Shown piece by piece: positions 1-12,531 of a stretch of 64,000 nucleotides of DNA. Numbering within the stretch: position 1 is the stretch's first letter; each line of letters starts with the position of its first letter. Below the pieces are notes generated by a model. It was not told the DNA's origin. It ran no database searches and saw nothing but the letters and a program-made list of their open reading frames with translations. Made by a program: the position numbers and the translations under genes. Source of the stretch: Macrostomum lignano (taxonomy: Eukaryota); contig NIVC01001979.1 of NCBI GenBank assembly GCA_002269645.1, positions 152,678-216,677 on the forward strand, in the 5' to 3' direction.

Positions 1-532
1 CCGAGGTGCCGCCCATGTCCATGGCCGGCAGGTCCGCGGCTTGGATGACGCCCACGGACAGCTCGCCCTTCTGGAAGTCGTAGTCCAGCGAGTACTGCAG
101 CTTGCCCAGCTTTTCCGCCTCCTTCTCCTCGGCTCCTTCGTTGTCCTCCATCGCGTCGGCCAGCTCCTCCATGTCCGGCTGCACTTTCTCTTTGCCGAGC
201 TCGCCGCCAAGCAGCTGCACATTCTTCATGTCCACCGCGCCTTTGCCCTTCTTGCCGTCTTTGCCGCCCTTCTTCTTGCCTTTGCAGATGCAGCGGCGGC
301 AAATGCAGAACAGAATGAGCAGCACAAGCAGCGCCGCGCCCACCAGGATGGCCACCACGGCCGCCTTCGACATGTGCATCTTCTCCGATAGGAAGTCCAG
401 CGCTACATTCGCCTGCTTCAGCGCCTTCTCACTGTTGCTCTTCTCTGTGGAGCCCGGCGTGCCTTCGCCGCCTCCGCTGGGAGTCGTGCCGTCATCGCCG
501 TCTGCCGGCTTGCCCGCCGTCTCCTTGGTCAT
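1..532 (-). CDS. SYT1: Synaptotagmin-1-like, N-terminal part (lumenal tail, TM helix, basic linker, start of C2A); continues beyond the left edge
   Basis: Manual minus-strand translation from ATG at 532: MTKETAGK...[54 protein letters not shown]...[40 protein letters not shown] helix, Cys cluster, Lys-rich linker and C2A start are typical of SYT1. Missing from the ORF track because there is no stop in the window. Confidence 0.95.
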   Translation of the reverse strand, partial: MTKETAGKPADGDDGTTPSGGGEGTPGSTEKSNSEKALKQANVALDFLSEKMHMSKAAVVAILVGAALLVLLILFCICRRCICKGKKKGGKDGKKGKGAVDMKNVQLLGGELGKEKVQPDMEELADAMEDNEGAEEKEAEKLGKLQYSLDYDFQKGELSVGVIQAADLPAMDMGGTS

Positions 533-1660
533 CGCCTTATGGTTCGGGTATGCGGAATCGCTCGCTGGCAGGGGGTTTTTGCTCCGCTGAGATCTGGGAT
601 CGGGGCTGAGCTGGGGGGGATGCGGCAGTTGGGCCAATATTTAACGTAAAAGCCCGGCCGAGCTGCGGACTCCGGTGGTCACCGCGCGCGGCCCAAGCAA
701 ATCGATTGCCGATTCCCCCGCCGCCCCACCCTCCACCCCCGCCAGCGCCATCTGCCCCTCTCCGCTGCCGCATCCCCTCGCCACCCCACCCTTCGGTCCC
801 GACCACCAGCAGCAGCGCCAACCTCAATTCCGCTGCTCAGTTGCCCCCGGCAACCCGCGGGATCCAGCAGGAGCGGATCGATACTGAAGGGGCCTCCGCT
901 CCCCACCACCTCCAGTCTGCCAACCCCGCGAGCCTGTAGGAGGGTCGGAGGGGATGAGGGAAACAAGCTTGGCTCTTCCCATTCCTGGCCCTCCCCCCAC
1001 CAGCGCCTGCAGCTCTGGGAGCTGAGTTGGAAACGGTTGGCTGGGAGGAAGAGAACTCTCTTTCTAGTTTTTTTCACTAGGGGGGATTTGGGAGGATTTA
1101 GGAGAATAGGAAATGCGGCTGGCAGTCCGCTGGGGGGGATGAGTGCAGCGGAGGGGAGGGCGGCTCTGCAGGCCGGCGGGGTCGATGTGTCCGGAGGCCA
1201 GAGGCGGACCAAGAAACACAAGGAGCTATTGAGGCCTCTAATTTTAGACTTTTGGCTTAGCCCTGGAGCTGCTCCATTCTCCCCACTTCTCCCACCAACC
1301 CTCCTTCGCTCTGGGCTCTCTCTCACACACTAGCAGCTAAGCCTCAGAGGCATCTGCGCTCTCCCTCTCTCCTCCCCTCTCTCACTCTGCCGTGCTGCCC
1401 TATTAAGCAATAGGGCTACGCAGGGCTGCAGTGCGCACACAATTGACAGAGCAGATTGGAACTGGCCAACTGTGTAGAGGCTATGGAAGTGGGACTGAGT
1501 CTGAGAGATCACAGTGTGTCTCTTCTGCCTGTCATACAGATCAAACAGACGTATTTTAGCAACTAATAATTCAATGGTTCTGGATGCTAGTGAACAAATT
1601 GTGGCAAGTGATGGATCGAAAATATTGCCACTTATAAGCGTCCAGCCAGGAAAGTGGGGG

Positions 1661-2171
1661 TCAGAGAGTGGATAGTGGCGGATCAGAGAGTGGATAGTGG
1701 CGGATCAGAGAGTGGATAGTGGTGGATCAGAGAGTGGATAGTGGCGGATCAGAGAGTGGATAGTGGCGGATCAGAGAGTGAATAGTGGCGGATCAGAGAG
1801 TGGATAGTGGCGGATCAGAGAGTGGATAGTGGCGGATCAGAGAGTGGATAGTGGCGGATCAGAGAGTGGATAGTGGCGGATCAGAGAGTGGATAGTGGCG
1901 GATCAGAGAGTGGATAGTGGCGGATCAGAGAGTGGATAGTGGCGGATCAGAGTGGATAGTGGCGGATCAGAGAGTGGATAGTGGCGGATCAGAGTGGATA
2001 GTGGCGATCAGAGAGTGGATAGTGGCGGATCAGAGAGTGGATAGTGGCGGATCAGAGTGGATAGTGGCGATCAGAGAGTGGATAGTGGCGGATCAGAGAG
2101 TGAATAGTGGCGGATCAGAGTGGATAGTGGCGGATCAGAGAGTGGATAGTGGCGGATCAGAGAGTGGATAG
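1661..2171. repeat. 22-bp minisatellite (GATCAGAGAGTGGATAGTGGCG) with 20-bp variants
   Basis: Direct tandem periodicity, about 23 units. Confidence 0.95.
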
Positions 2172-2988
2172 CAGCAGCAGACCAAGGAGGTGACAGTCAG
2201 CCATAAGATCCAACAAGCCAATGCCCAATCCCATTATCCAGTAAGCAAGCAAAGTACACGCCAGACTTTCATCTCGGTGCAACTCAAGCTCTCCATCAGA
2301 CAGAAGTGGCAAACCAAATCAGCCTGGGAAGAAACTGGTCCCCCCGCCAGGGCCTGCAAATCCAAGATAAGCAGGTCCCGCAGCAGCAGCAGCCATGAAT
2401 ATCGCCATCAATTTGCTGCTTGTATCGGCTCCCTGAAATTCTCTTCCCAAAAACTGGCAATTTTATATACTGACGAATTTCCGCAGTTCCGAAAAAATGG
2501 GAAACATGTTTGATGCAGGGACCGCGTGCTGCAGAAGAGAGAAACCAGCATGATTGCTTAGACGACAGGGAGTTCACGGACAGACAGACAGTCAGCTGGT
2601 ATGGAACTGGTATTAGCCAAGCAGAAAACTCTGCACTTGGCTGGATTTCCCCTGGGAGACTGTCGTAGGGGATGGGATTGAGTTAGCGGTGCCTACTGCC
2701 GGCCAGGAGGGTCTCCCAGGAGACGAGATGGATGGCGACAGGTTTGGCCATGGATGCACGGACTCTAACGAGATGACAGTGCAAGCTGTTTAGTGCAACC
2801 GAGTCTGCCGAGCCATCAATTATGGCATAAATCAATTACGAGAGATGAATAAATAGAACGTTTCGATTCTATTATAATACTTCAATTTGCAAGAAATTTC
2901 GGTTTATTTTCACATGTATTCACAACATTGAGTTATCGATATTTTTCCGCGATTCGAATGTTTACAATAATAAGCACGTATATTAAAC

Positions 2989-3346
2989 AGAAAGCAGGTG
3001 ATAGCAGCACAATTAAGGACCAGAAGCAGGTGGTAGAGGCACAATTAAGGACCAGAAGCAGGTGATAGCAGCACAATTAAGGACCAGAAGCAGGTGGTAG
3101 AGGCACAATTAAGGACCAGAAGCAGGTGGTAGAGGCACAATTCAGGACCAGAAGCAGGTGGTAGAGGCACAATTAAGGACCAGAAGCAGGTGGTAGAGGC
3201 ACAATTAAGGACCAGAAGCAGGTGGTAGAGGCACAATTCAGGACCAGAAGCAGGTGGTAGAGGCACAATTCAGGACCAGAAGCAGGTGGTAGAGGCACAA
3301 TTAAGGACCAGAAGCAGGTGGTAGAGGCACAATTCAGGACCAGAAG
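2989..3346. repeat. 32-bp minisatellite (AGGCACAATTAAGGACCAGAAGCAGGTGGTAG)
   Basis: Units start at 3101, 3133 etc.; about 11 copies. Confidence 0.95.
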
Positions 3347-3398
3347 TACTCGATAATCATCAGCAGCCCGGGCAGTGCAGCTCGCAAGCCCAATCAAA

Positions 3399-3634
3399 TC
3401 AGCAGCCGCATTCCCTCAGCAGCAGGCCCGACCGTGTCAAGCCGGACGGCCGGTGGCCGCGAGCCCGGACAGCGTGACAGGCCAGACAGGCCAGGCAGAT
3501 CATGGCCGGGTACAGCAGCGGCAGGCTGGCCAGCCCGGAGCCAGGCGGGGTGTCGGCCAGCCACACAGCCGCAAAGCAGAACAGGAAGATGAGCAGCTTG
3601 TCGGAGTTGCGCATTAAGCTAGCCGGCAAGCGCC
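3399..3634 (-). CDS. Possible small two-TM membrane protein or terminal exon, unknown function
   Basis: Acceptor-like TTTTTTAATATAG immediately upstream; GC-rich open frame (RLPASL)MRNSDKLLIFLFCFAAVWLADTPPGSGLASLPLLYPAMICLACLACHAVR...ECGC* with two hydrophobic segments; no family recognised. Confidence 0.35.
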
Positions 3635-3930
3635 TATATTAAAAAACAGTATAGCTGTTGACTCAAGGCCGGAAAGGAGCAGAAAATCTGCATTTTCTGC
3701 CGCCGGTAACGCTGCCGTTAAATTAATAATGCAACACACAAGCTGGGTTTAGAGGGTCTCCGTGCCCCAGCAACTATTAGTGCTAGTGCAACATGGGTCT
3801 CCTGCTCTCGCAGTGAATTGGCTGCTTTCTCTGCGCTGCCAGCAGAGAAATCCGATGCCTCGGGGGGAGACCGGCTGCGAGCGAGAAATTTCTGCCAGGT
3901 AAAGAAACCCGACGACTCAGGTGGCAGACA

Positions 3931-4377
3931 CACCCGAAGGCTTAAATACTCTCACAGAATGGCAGCTGCCCCACCCGAAGGCTTAAATACTCTCACAGAA
4001 TGGCAACTGCCTCACCTGAAGGCTTAAATACCCTCACAGAATGGCAACTGCCTCACCTGAAGGCTTAAATACCCTCACAGAATGGCAGCTGCCTCACCTG
4101 AAGGCTTAAATACCCTCACAGAATGGCAACTGCCTCACCTGAAGGCTTAAATACTCTCACAGAATGGCAGCTGCCTCACCTGAAGGCTTAAATACCCTCA
4201 CAGAATGGCAACTGCCTCACCTGAAGGCTTAAATACCCTCACAGAATGGCAACTGCCTCACCTGAAGGCTTAAATACTCTCACAGAATGGCAACTGCCTC
4301 ACCTGAAGGCTTAAATACCCTCACAGAATGGCAACTGCCTCACCTGAAGGCTTAAATACAGAATGGCAGCTGCCACA
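3931..4377. repeat. 41-bp minisatellite (CACCTGAAGGCTTAAATACCCTCACAGAATGGCAACTGCCT)
   Basis: GAAGGCTTAAA recurs every 41 nt, about 11 copies. Confidence 0.95.
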
Positions 4378-4798
4378 TCTGGACAAGAATATAAAAAAGA
4401 AACTTCGACAAAAATTAATGTTAAATTTGTTGCAAGAGAAAATCTTTACCCGAAAAATATTTCTTGTCGATTCGTTCGTTCAAGCTTAAACATTTATTAT
4501 TTTCAATTTATGTTGTTAAATAATAAGCTGAACACCGGATTGCTACTTATAGTAGCTAATTAGAATTTGCAAACTGCCGACAGTCAAATGCATATATATG
4601 AACTGCAATATAGCAAGTGGACAGGTAAGCAGGCATATTTAATCTCATAATTGCAGAAAAAAGTTTAATAAAGTTCATTTAACCAAGCAAGTTTAATTAA
4701 AGTAGGCAAAAAACGCTAGATTTAAGCTACCAATTCGGTTAATTATTGCTTTTAGTAGACTACTGACAATTTCTTGCCTACTGAAGAGATTCGAGTTT

Positions 4799-5352
4799 TG
4801 CTCCTAGAAGAAGAAATTCAACAGTTGTGCTCCTAGAAGAAGACATTCAATAGTTGTGCTCCTAGAAGAAGACATTCAACAGTTGTGCTCCTAGAAGAAG
4901 ACACTTAACAGTTGCGCTCCTAGAAGAAGACACTCAACAGTTGTGCTCCTAGAAGAAGACACTTAACAGTTGCGCTCCTAGAAGAAGACACTCAACAGTT
5001 GTGCTCCTAGAAGAAGACACTTAACAGTTGCGCTCCTAGAAGAAGACACTCAACAGTTGTGCTCCTAGAAGAAGACACTTAACAGTTGCGCTCCTAGAAG
5101 AAGACATTCAACAGTATTGCTCCTAGAAGACATTCACCAGTTGCGCTCCTAGAAGAAGACATTCAACAGTTGTGCTCCTAGAAGACACTCAACAGTTGTG
5201 CTCCTAGAAGAAGACACTTAACAGTTGTGCTCCTAGAAGAAGACACTTAACAGTTGTGCTCCTAGAAGAAGACATTCAACAGTATTGCTCCTAGAAGACA
5301 TTCACCAGTTGCGCTCCTAGAAGAAGACATTCAACAGTTGTGCTCCTAGAGG
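4799..5352. repeat. 29-bp minisatellite (GCTCCTAGAAGAAGACATTCAACAGTTGT) with 26-bp variants
   Basis: Direct tandem periodicity, about 19 copies, just 3' of the MGME1 stop. Confidence 0.95.
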
Positions 5353-5426
5353 AGATTCGACAGTCCTGCTACTAAAAGAACCCCGGCAGAAAGCGCAGTG
5401 AAACACACGAGAGCCGCAGCAACCAA

Positions 5427-5876
5427 TCACCGAGTCAGCTTGGCAGCCGCCCGATCCTGAGCCAGCTGGAAGGCACGCAGCCGGTGCAGCCAGGCTGACC
5501 AGGCCGGCAGCAGCTGGTCGACGCCCAGCCGAAGGCAGGCGGCCGGCGAGCCGTCCGGATAGGCATAGACCAGAATAGCCGAATCAACTGGCGGCAAGCT
5601 ATCCTCGTTGCCATGACAACAGCGCCGCATTTGATTAAGCGCGCCCAGATACGAGGCCAACTGCAGCGGCGCATCGTAGGCATCTTTCAGGCCAGCAATT
5701 TTGCGTTCGTGCGCCGTTTTCCATTCGATCAGCAGCTCCGGCCGCTGCCTTCCGCTGTTGACGTCGCCTTCGTCTGGGCGCAGTCGAGCCAGGCAATCAA
5801 GTCGGCCTTTGTAGCCCAGCTGCTGGTGGACCACCAGCGCCTCCTGCGACTGCACGGATTCAACTGTACGCAGAAT
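5427..5876 (-). CDS. MGME1: Mitochondrial genome maintenance exonuclease 1 (PD-(D/E)XK nuclease), exon 2
   Basis: Acceptor CCCTACAG|ATT at 5877/5876, phase 0. ILRTVESVQSQEALVVHQQLGYKGRLDCLA...LLIEWKT...DAPLQLASYLGALN matches MGME1 motifs (GxxDC, IDWKT, PLQxxAYxGA). Stop TGA at 5427. Confidence 0.92.
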   Translation of the reverse strand: MLRTVESVQSQEALVVHQQLGYKGRLDCLARLRPDEGDVNSGRQRPELLIEWKTAHERKIAGLKDAYDAPLQLASYLGALNQMRRCCHGNEDSLPPVDSAILVYAYPDGSPAACLRLGVDQLLPAWSAWLHRLRAFQLAQDRAAAKLTR

Positions 5877-5999
5877 CTGTAGGGTTTGCAGATATATGGG
5901 GTACAATTTTGCAGAAAGAATTGCGAGCAGAATATGTGCTATAACATGAGGGGTCTTTGTTTAGTGCAGAAGATTCACATCCCTGAGTCTTTGTACATT

Positions 6000-6460
6000 T
6001 AGGAGATTCCCATCATATAGTCTTTGTCCGGTGGAGATTCCTGCTATATAGTCTTTGTCCAGTGGAGATTCCTGTCATATAGTCTTTGTCCAGTGGAGAT
6101 TCCTGTCATATAGTCTTTGTCCAGTGGAGATTCCTGTCATATAGTCTTTGTCCAGTGGAGATTCCTGTCATATATTCTCTGTCCAGTGGAGATTCTTGTC
6201 ATATAGTCTCTGTCCAGTGGAGATTCCTGTCATATATTCTCTGTCCAGTGGAGATTCCTGTCATATAGTCTTTGTCCAGTGGAGATTCCTGTCATATAGT
6301 CTTTGTCCAGTGGAGATTCCTGTCATATAGTCTTTGTCCAGTGGAGATTCCTGTCATATATTCTCTGTCCAGTGGAGATTCTTGTCATATAGTCTCTGTC
6401 CAGTGGAGATTCTTGTCATATAGTCTTTGTCCGGACTATTCATATAGTCTTTGTCCAGTT
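6000..6460. repeat. 31-bp intronic minisatellite (GTCTTTGTCCAGTGGAGATTCCTGTCATATA)
   Basis: Period 31, about 14 copies, inside the MGME1 intron. Confidence 0.95.
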
Positions 6461-6760
6461 AAGGATATTCGCGTCATTTAGTCTTTATTCCAGTTGACTA
6501 TATTGACTAGATTAGGGGTCTTTTTCAAATAAAAGAGAAACGCTAGGCGTCGTAGTCATTTTTGAGTGACGGTAGGTCTCGATGTTAGCGATGCGGTGTG
6601 TATCTAAGTGATAATTATGACTCGATAGTCTATTGAAGGTGCTAAAGAATATTTGATTTGGTGAATGTCTCATGAGGTCCTTAGTTGATGGGTGTCACCG
6701 AGTCCTCGTATTTCACAGCAGCGATTAAAGGCTCTAGTTAAACGAAAAAATAATCAGCCC

Positions 6761-7046
6761 CATACATGCGCAACCTCCAAATTTCGGTCGGCCGTGCGAC
6801 TTAGTTTTAACAAAAATGCGACGTAGTTTTTGGCCAAAAATGCGACTTACATGTAAAAAACCCGAAAGCAAAATTAACGCAACTTTGGGTAAACGGCAGG
6901 AGTAACTATGACTGTCTTATAAAGCCTCGTCAGCTACTTAGTACTACTACTCTGTTTTTTCGGGTCGGCATTTTTGCGACTTCCTTGGTTGGCCGCCAAA
7001 TCGGTCGGCCGGATCGGCCAACTCGGCCGACTGTTGCGCATGTATG
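6761..7046. mobile_element. hAT-type MITE, 286 bp
   Basis: Perfect 14-bp TIR CATACATGCGCAAC (6761-6774) / GTTGCGCATGTATG (7033-7046); 8-bp TSD ATCAGCCC at 6753-6760 and 7047-7054; subterminal CGGCCG and TGCGACTT motifs. Confidence 0.9.
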
Positions 7047-7068
7047 ATCAGCCCCCAGCCAGACTCAC

Positions 7069-7440
7069 TGGCAGCACAGATTGAAAGAAGCCGGCCACTT
7101 CAGCCTCTGGCTGGGCGTCGCCAGACTCCAGATAGCTCCAGATGCTGCGGTGCAGCTGCGTGCCAGCCGACAGCAACCCGGCCCTGTAACGGGCGAATCC
7201 TTCGGGCCCGAGAGCCTCCTGCTTCTTGCGCAACCACCGAGCGAGAGCGATGGCGCTTTCTGGCGGCCGGGTCCTGTCCAGCACGGTGGTGACGCTGGGC
7301 AGACTGGCCGACTGTCCGTCAGTGTCCGACTGCGGTGGCACCGCTGCGCCTAGAAATGGATAGTCCTCGGTGCCAGTTGAGCACAGCGACCGTCGGCTGC
7401 TGCTCAAGCAAACGGCGCGGATTAACCGAGAGAGAATCAT
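7069..7440 (-). CDS. MGME1: MGME1 exon 1 (mitochondrial-targeting-like N-terminus, LPSVTTVLDRT motif)
   Basis: ATG at 7440; MILSRLIRAVCLSSSRRSLCS...LPSVTTVLDRT...LARWLRKKQEALGPEGF...GTQLH; donor CCA|GTGAGT, phase 0, joins exon 2 in frame (about 273 aa total). Confidence 0.92.
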
Positions 7441-8652
7441 GAATTAGAAAGCAATCTAGAAGAGGTAAAAGCAGTCAAAGACTTCCAGGAAAGAATACAA
7501 CTTGCATCACTTGCAACGCCAACTTATATAAACAAAAAAGCTATTAATTTTTTATACAACTGGAGCTCTCCTGCTCCACCTAACAAAAAATTGCTCCATG
7601 GCACATTTGCATATAAGCAAAATTTAGTACAAAATAGTTTTAGTAGAGACATTATAATATAATTTAAGAGTTTATTCTCTAACTGGGCCTCTTACCTATT
7701 AATTCATATCTTTACACCAAATCACTACCCATCCAACATCCAATTTTATTGCCTTATTTGGTGCTATAGACTTTTGTCGCCTACTGCTGCCATGTAAATT
7801 TTCAGTGGCATTTGAACTGATATTTACAAGCCAGTCAAAATACCTTCATAAGCTCCTCCTACTAATAGTAATCAGCTAAGCAAATCAACATACCTAATTA
7901 TGGGTGTCAAAACTTTGGTGTCTACCACTTGAACGACTGTGCTGCTAAATGACTGCTTGACTACGATTACGACTACCCTCCCCCAGACTTGAGACCCCAG
8001 CAGCCAGAGTAAAACAGGAGAAATTCATTGTGGTTTGTTTACACGATTTTTCTAAATTATTTGTGCAAACACAACGCCGGCAGAAATTCAAAGTTAAAAC
8101 TGCCCCACTTCATTGGTGTCAGCAAATCATCTAATCTACCAACCTACTTCTCTACCCCACCTCACTGGTAGACAGCTAAGTGGGATAACGAAATGCCGAG
8201 ACCCCTTCAACAAGTCATTCAAATGTTACGTTATGGCTTCTACTATTTCTATGGCTGCGAACGCAACAGCCAATGCTGCAGGTCCCAGCAATTTAATAAC
8301 AAGACAAACATATGATGAGATGATTTGCATGGTGACCAAAGAGGTATGACGGCGACTGGAGCAGACCAGCCTGGGCCAGCCGCAACACCATCATCATATA
8401 TCACTACAACCTATCCTGCAGTTGTCAGGATGGAGCTGCCAGATAATCTAATGTGTGATGAGTTTAAACAACAATTGTCTGAATGCTTTATGCATATGGC
8501 TGACATGCTAGAGTACTGGGAGCAGTTCCAATACTGCCAGCAAAACAAGAACACTAGCCTGGTTCAGCAAGTAGCACCGCCACCAGCGAGACATGTCCGG
8601 GTTCTTGAGGATGATGACAGTCAGATGCCCACTGGGATGCAACATGACAGTA

Positions 8653-9946
8653 CGAGGGGCACTACAGAAGTTTTTAGCTACACCTCAACTGTTTGTCCTA
8701 TCAGATTAATTTTCATAGGCTTACCTAGGACAATATATATGACCATGATGAATAAAATTTCACACAAATATCTTGCAGCATTTAGCCGCTAGAGCCAGAT
8801 AACTTCAGCACCTCTGCCCACTTTCCAGTGGAGCTCATGGAACTGAATCGCGAGCACTTTGTGCCATGCTCTTCTATGATTATTGCAGCAGCCTTGATTA
8901 CCGCCAGTGCCACGAAAGGCTGTCAGCGGCTTTCCCAGAAGCTGCTCTATCACTTGCGACCATCAGCAACTGGTTCTGTGAGTTTTGTTGTGGCCGAGAC
9001 TCATTGGAAGATGAGGAGCGTACAGGCCGACCTTCAACCGCCACAACACCAGTAACAGTGGCTTGTGTTTGCCAGCTGGTAGAAGCTGACCAGCGGATAA
9101 CCTACAAAGAGATCGAGGCATCTCTGGGCATCCATTTGCCGGCCATTGCCAAAATCCTCCACGACCATATCGGCTTGCGCAAGCTGACCAGTCGTTGGGT
9201 GCCCCACCTGCTAAAGCCTGAGCAGAAGAGGGTCGACTGGTGCCACCAGATGCTGCAGAAGTACAGCGATGGAGCGTCTAAGGTGGTCGCCAACATCATA
9301 ACATGCGACGAGACTTGGGTTTATTGCTACGAGCCAGAGCACAAGTGCCAGTCGCAGGTGTGGGCGTTTCCAGACGAGGTGCCGCCAACGAAGGTTGTGC
9401 GAGGCAGGAGCACCGGCAAGCAAATGGTCGCAACTTTTTTCTGTTGCTCAGGTCATGTGGCGACTGTGCGGCTGCTGGACCAGTGCAGGGTGACTGCGGC
9501 CCGGTATACCGGCATCTGCTTGCCACAGGTCATTCACAGCCTGAGCAGGACGCGTCCGAAGTCAGGTGTCCGAGGCCTGATGCTGCATTAGGACAACCCG
9601 AGCGCTCACACGGCTCAGGCAACACAGCAGTTCCTGCAGACTCAGGGACTGCAGCTGACCAGTCATCCACCATACTCGCCTGATCTGGCACTGTGACTTT
9701 TTTGTTCACTAAAGTTAAGGACTCGCTGCGTGGTTGCCGATTTTCGACTGCAGAGGAGGCTGCTGATGCATTTGACAAGATGGTGGAAGGGGTGTTGACT
9801 TCTGAGTGGCACCACTGCTTCGTCAACTGGTTTGAGAGGATGAGGCGCTGCATCCAGACTGGTGGAGAATTTGAGAAGCTGTGAAAATTTCAGCTTCATA
9901 GCTGCTTCCGTTTAGACGTAGCTAAAAACTTTTGTAGTGCCCCTCG
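8653..9946 (+). mobile_element. Full-length mariner (DD34D) transposon, inactive
   Basis: TA duplication (8651-8652 / 9947-9948). About 29-bp TIRs CGAGGGGCACTACA(G/A)AAGTTTTTAGCTAC with one mismatch; 1294 bp. Transposase 8837-9884 has WVPHLL, TCDETW, H*DN and YSPDLA motifs, frameshifts near 8861 and 9690, and a stop at 9589. Confidence 0.95.
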
Positions 9947-11995
9947 TAAGTCATCTTGGCTGAGAAAAACTGGTTGCATGAAGTGATGGATCAATAAGCC
10001 AAGACTCTACAAAAGCAGCGGCGAATCCTGGAGACTTTGAGTAATGAGATGTGAGAGTTCTACTCATAGGGATCACGCGACAATGACAACCCGGAGCCAT
10101 GGGAACCTGTTTGCCACCAGCCACGGGACTCCTGGAGCAGCGCAAGCGATGTCTGGTGCCCTCAACTCCTTGCTACAGTGCCAATGGAAGCGCCCAATTC
10201 ACAATACCCAGCACACGAATGGTGTCGCATCAACAGTTCTATCAACTTCAGCAACCACAAACAGTAGCAATCCACCACCAATAGGAGGTCAACATCAACA
10301 GTAGCAGCAGCAGCAGCAGCAGTCAAGTTGGGGATAGGGGGGCACCATTCACGTGTCGAACATTGGGTCCCTGTATGCCGACATGCAGCCACCATACCTA
10401 ATGACTGCAATGGCTACTAATTGCCCCCCATATAGGCAGAGCATAACAGAGACAGAGGCAGAGTCAGAGTCACAGGCACAGAAGCAGAAGCCGACTTGAA
10501 TAGCCTAGAGCTTAGGAGCATACTGTGGCTTTGCAGAGGTGCGGACAAAGCCAACACCTGATGCGGCCAGCGACGCCGATGCCGCGCCCATACCACAGTA
10601 GACAAACCCAGGAAAGAGCCTGGACAAGTACTCCGTATCCTGCAGATCAACTGCAATGGTCTCAGAGCCCGTCACATAGAGTTGTCCACGTGGCTCTACC
10701 AGGAGAAGCCTGTCGCGGTACTGGTGCAGGAATTGAAGCTCATGCCAGACCAGAGCTACAACCCGCCGACCAGGTACTGTGTTGCCACCCAATGCGATGG
10801 CGTCACCAAAACGACACAGAAACAAGCCGACCAACCCACAAGCAGCTCCCCACAAGAGCCGAGACAGACGATGCGGATGGATCGAAACCAAGGCCGGTTC
10901 CTAGGCCAGGGGGCCGACATGTGACGTGTCCAAAATGCCAACTGCGGTGGCCCGCCAACAAAACCGAGTGGTGCGGCGGCTGCCGAAGCGGCCACGCATG
11001 CTCCCGCTGCAACGAACCACAGACGAATGACAGGGGCGGCCAGCGTGACAACAGGGATAGCCCACACAACCAAGCCCACGGAGGAACACTTATCTTGGTC
11101 CACTGCGATGTCCCATGCGAGACGATCCCGCCACCCTGATTGCAGCGCATGGGCATTTTGAGCCTACAGTCAAGTTTCTGTTAGAGAAGGGATCACATGA
11201 CAACATCCTAGGCTTTGAGTTCCTGGAAAAGTATAGCAACTCACTGGACCTTGCAGCTGGGATGTTGTTCTTCAAGGACAGCAATGCCACACCACTTTGC
11301 TACATGCGAACTGAAGCTACCACGTGCAGAATTTATACGGCTGAGAGCACAACCATGCCGCCACTATTGTCAGCCTGAATAAAAATCAAATTAGCAAAAG
11401 GATGAGAAGAAAATCAAGGGACACCTGCCGTGATTGAGCTGCTAAAGCGGGCCCAACGCAAAGATGATGTGCAGCACCTACATGCTGGCCCTGCCTTAAT
11501 ATCTATGGTGAACAGAGAAGGCGCTATTGAAATGATTAACCAAGGTACAACATTGATTAAAGTGCAAGCAAATCCACTTGTCGGGATAGCAAGACCACTT
11601 TGACTGCCCAAATTAAAATGATTCCCACTGCTGAAGCCAGAAGCTTTAGTCAATCAGGTCCAAGATGAAGACCCTGACACTTGGATCAAGGAGATTGACA
11701 TTGGCAAAGACCTGTTTAGTGACTAGCATGCTCAAGTCATTGAGCTATTGAAGAAGTACAAGACCATCTTCTCCCAAGGTCACCTACAACATTGTGCTAA
11801 AGGACAGAGATCCTGTACATTTGCTGACACGAAGGATTCAGCCCAAGGTGTATCAGCTGCTTGACGATCTACTTGCCAAGGAAGTGATTCAACCAAGCTT
11901 CTCTAGCTACAACACCCCGCTGGTGATCATCCCAAAGAAGGATGGCAGCCTGAGAATTGTACAAGACTTCAGGAGTCTGAATCAGAAACAGGTAT

Positions 11996-12531
11996 AATAA
12001 ATTTTATGGTTAGACAAGCATTATATAGTTTTTATATGAACAAATATGGATTATAAACAATCTTTTAACCAAGATCTTATCTAAAAATAGAGAATCCTGA
12101 TACATTTTTTAAAACTGACGGTCGTTTTTTGAAACAAACGACTGTCAGTCAACGACCGTCATTTAAGAAAAAACGTGCAACACAGTTAAAGTTATCTAGT
12201 AAAATGTAATAATTGTTTGTAACCGTTTATCTAGCTATTGTTTACTACAATTAATGAGTAATTGAGACAAAAACTTGCCTGATTCGCAGGAATCTTAAAC
12301 TTAAGTTAAAAAGTTGGACACATAAACTTTCACCAAAAACGACCGTCATTGAAAGTTTCTCTCTACTAGATCAACACAGTAAGACAAATGACTTTAGAAT
12401 GTATCTCATCTCAATCTAGAGGTCACGCCCATTAATATAGAACTCACAAAGTCTCAATTTAGTTTGTCTTTTGTATGATTATTGATTATTATTTGCTCCA
12501 ACCCAACGACCGTCATCTCGTGGAATTACCC
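11996..12531. mobile_element. Truncated non-coding DNA-element fragment splitting the Gypsy RT
   Basis: AT-rich block between DFRSLN and YPIPNI; repeated GACCGTCA motifs in both orientations; ends in TIR-like GACCGTCATCTCGTGGAATTACCC; matching left end absent. Confidence 0.55.

Noticed and set aside
41-590. Plus-strand ORFs 41-391 and 102-590
   Set aside because: Antisense shadows of the GC-rich SYT1 coding sequence.
3360-3401. Selenocysteine read-through after ...ECGC-TGA into FDWACELHCPGC
   Set aside because: No SECIS recognised and no selenoprotein fold; insufficient support.
1661-6460. CRISPR-like regular repeats
   Set aside because: Head-to-tail units without unique spacers, no cas genes, eukaryotic context.
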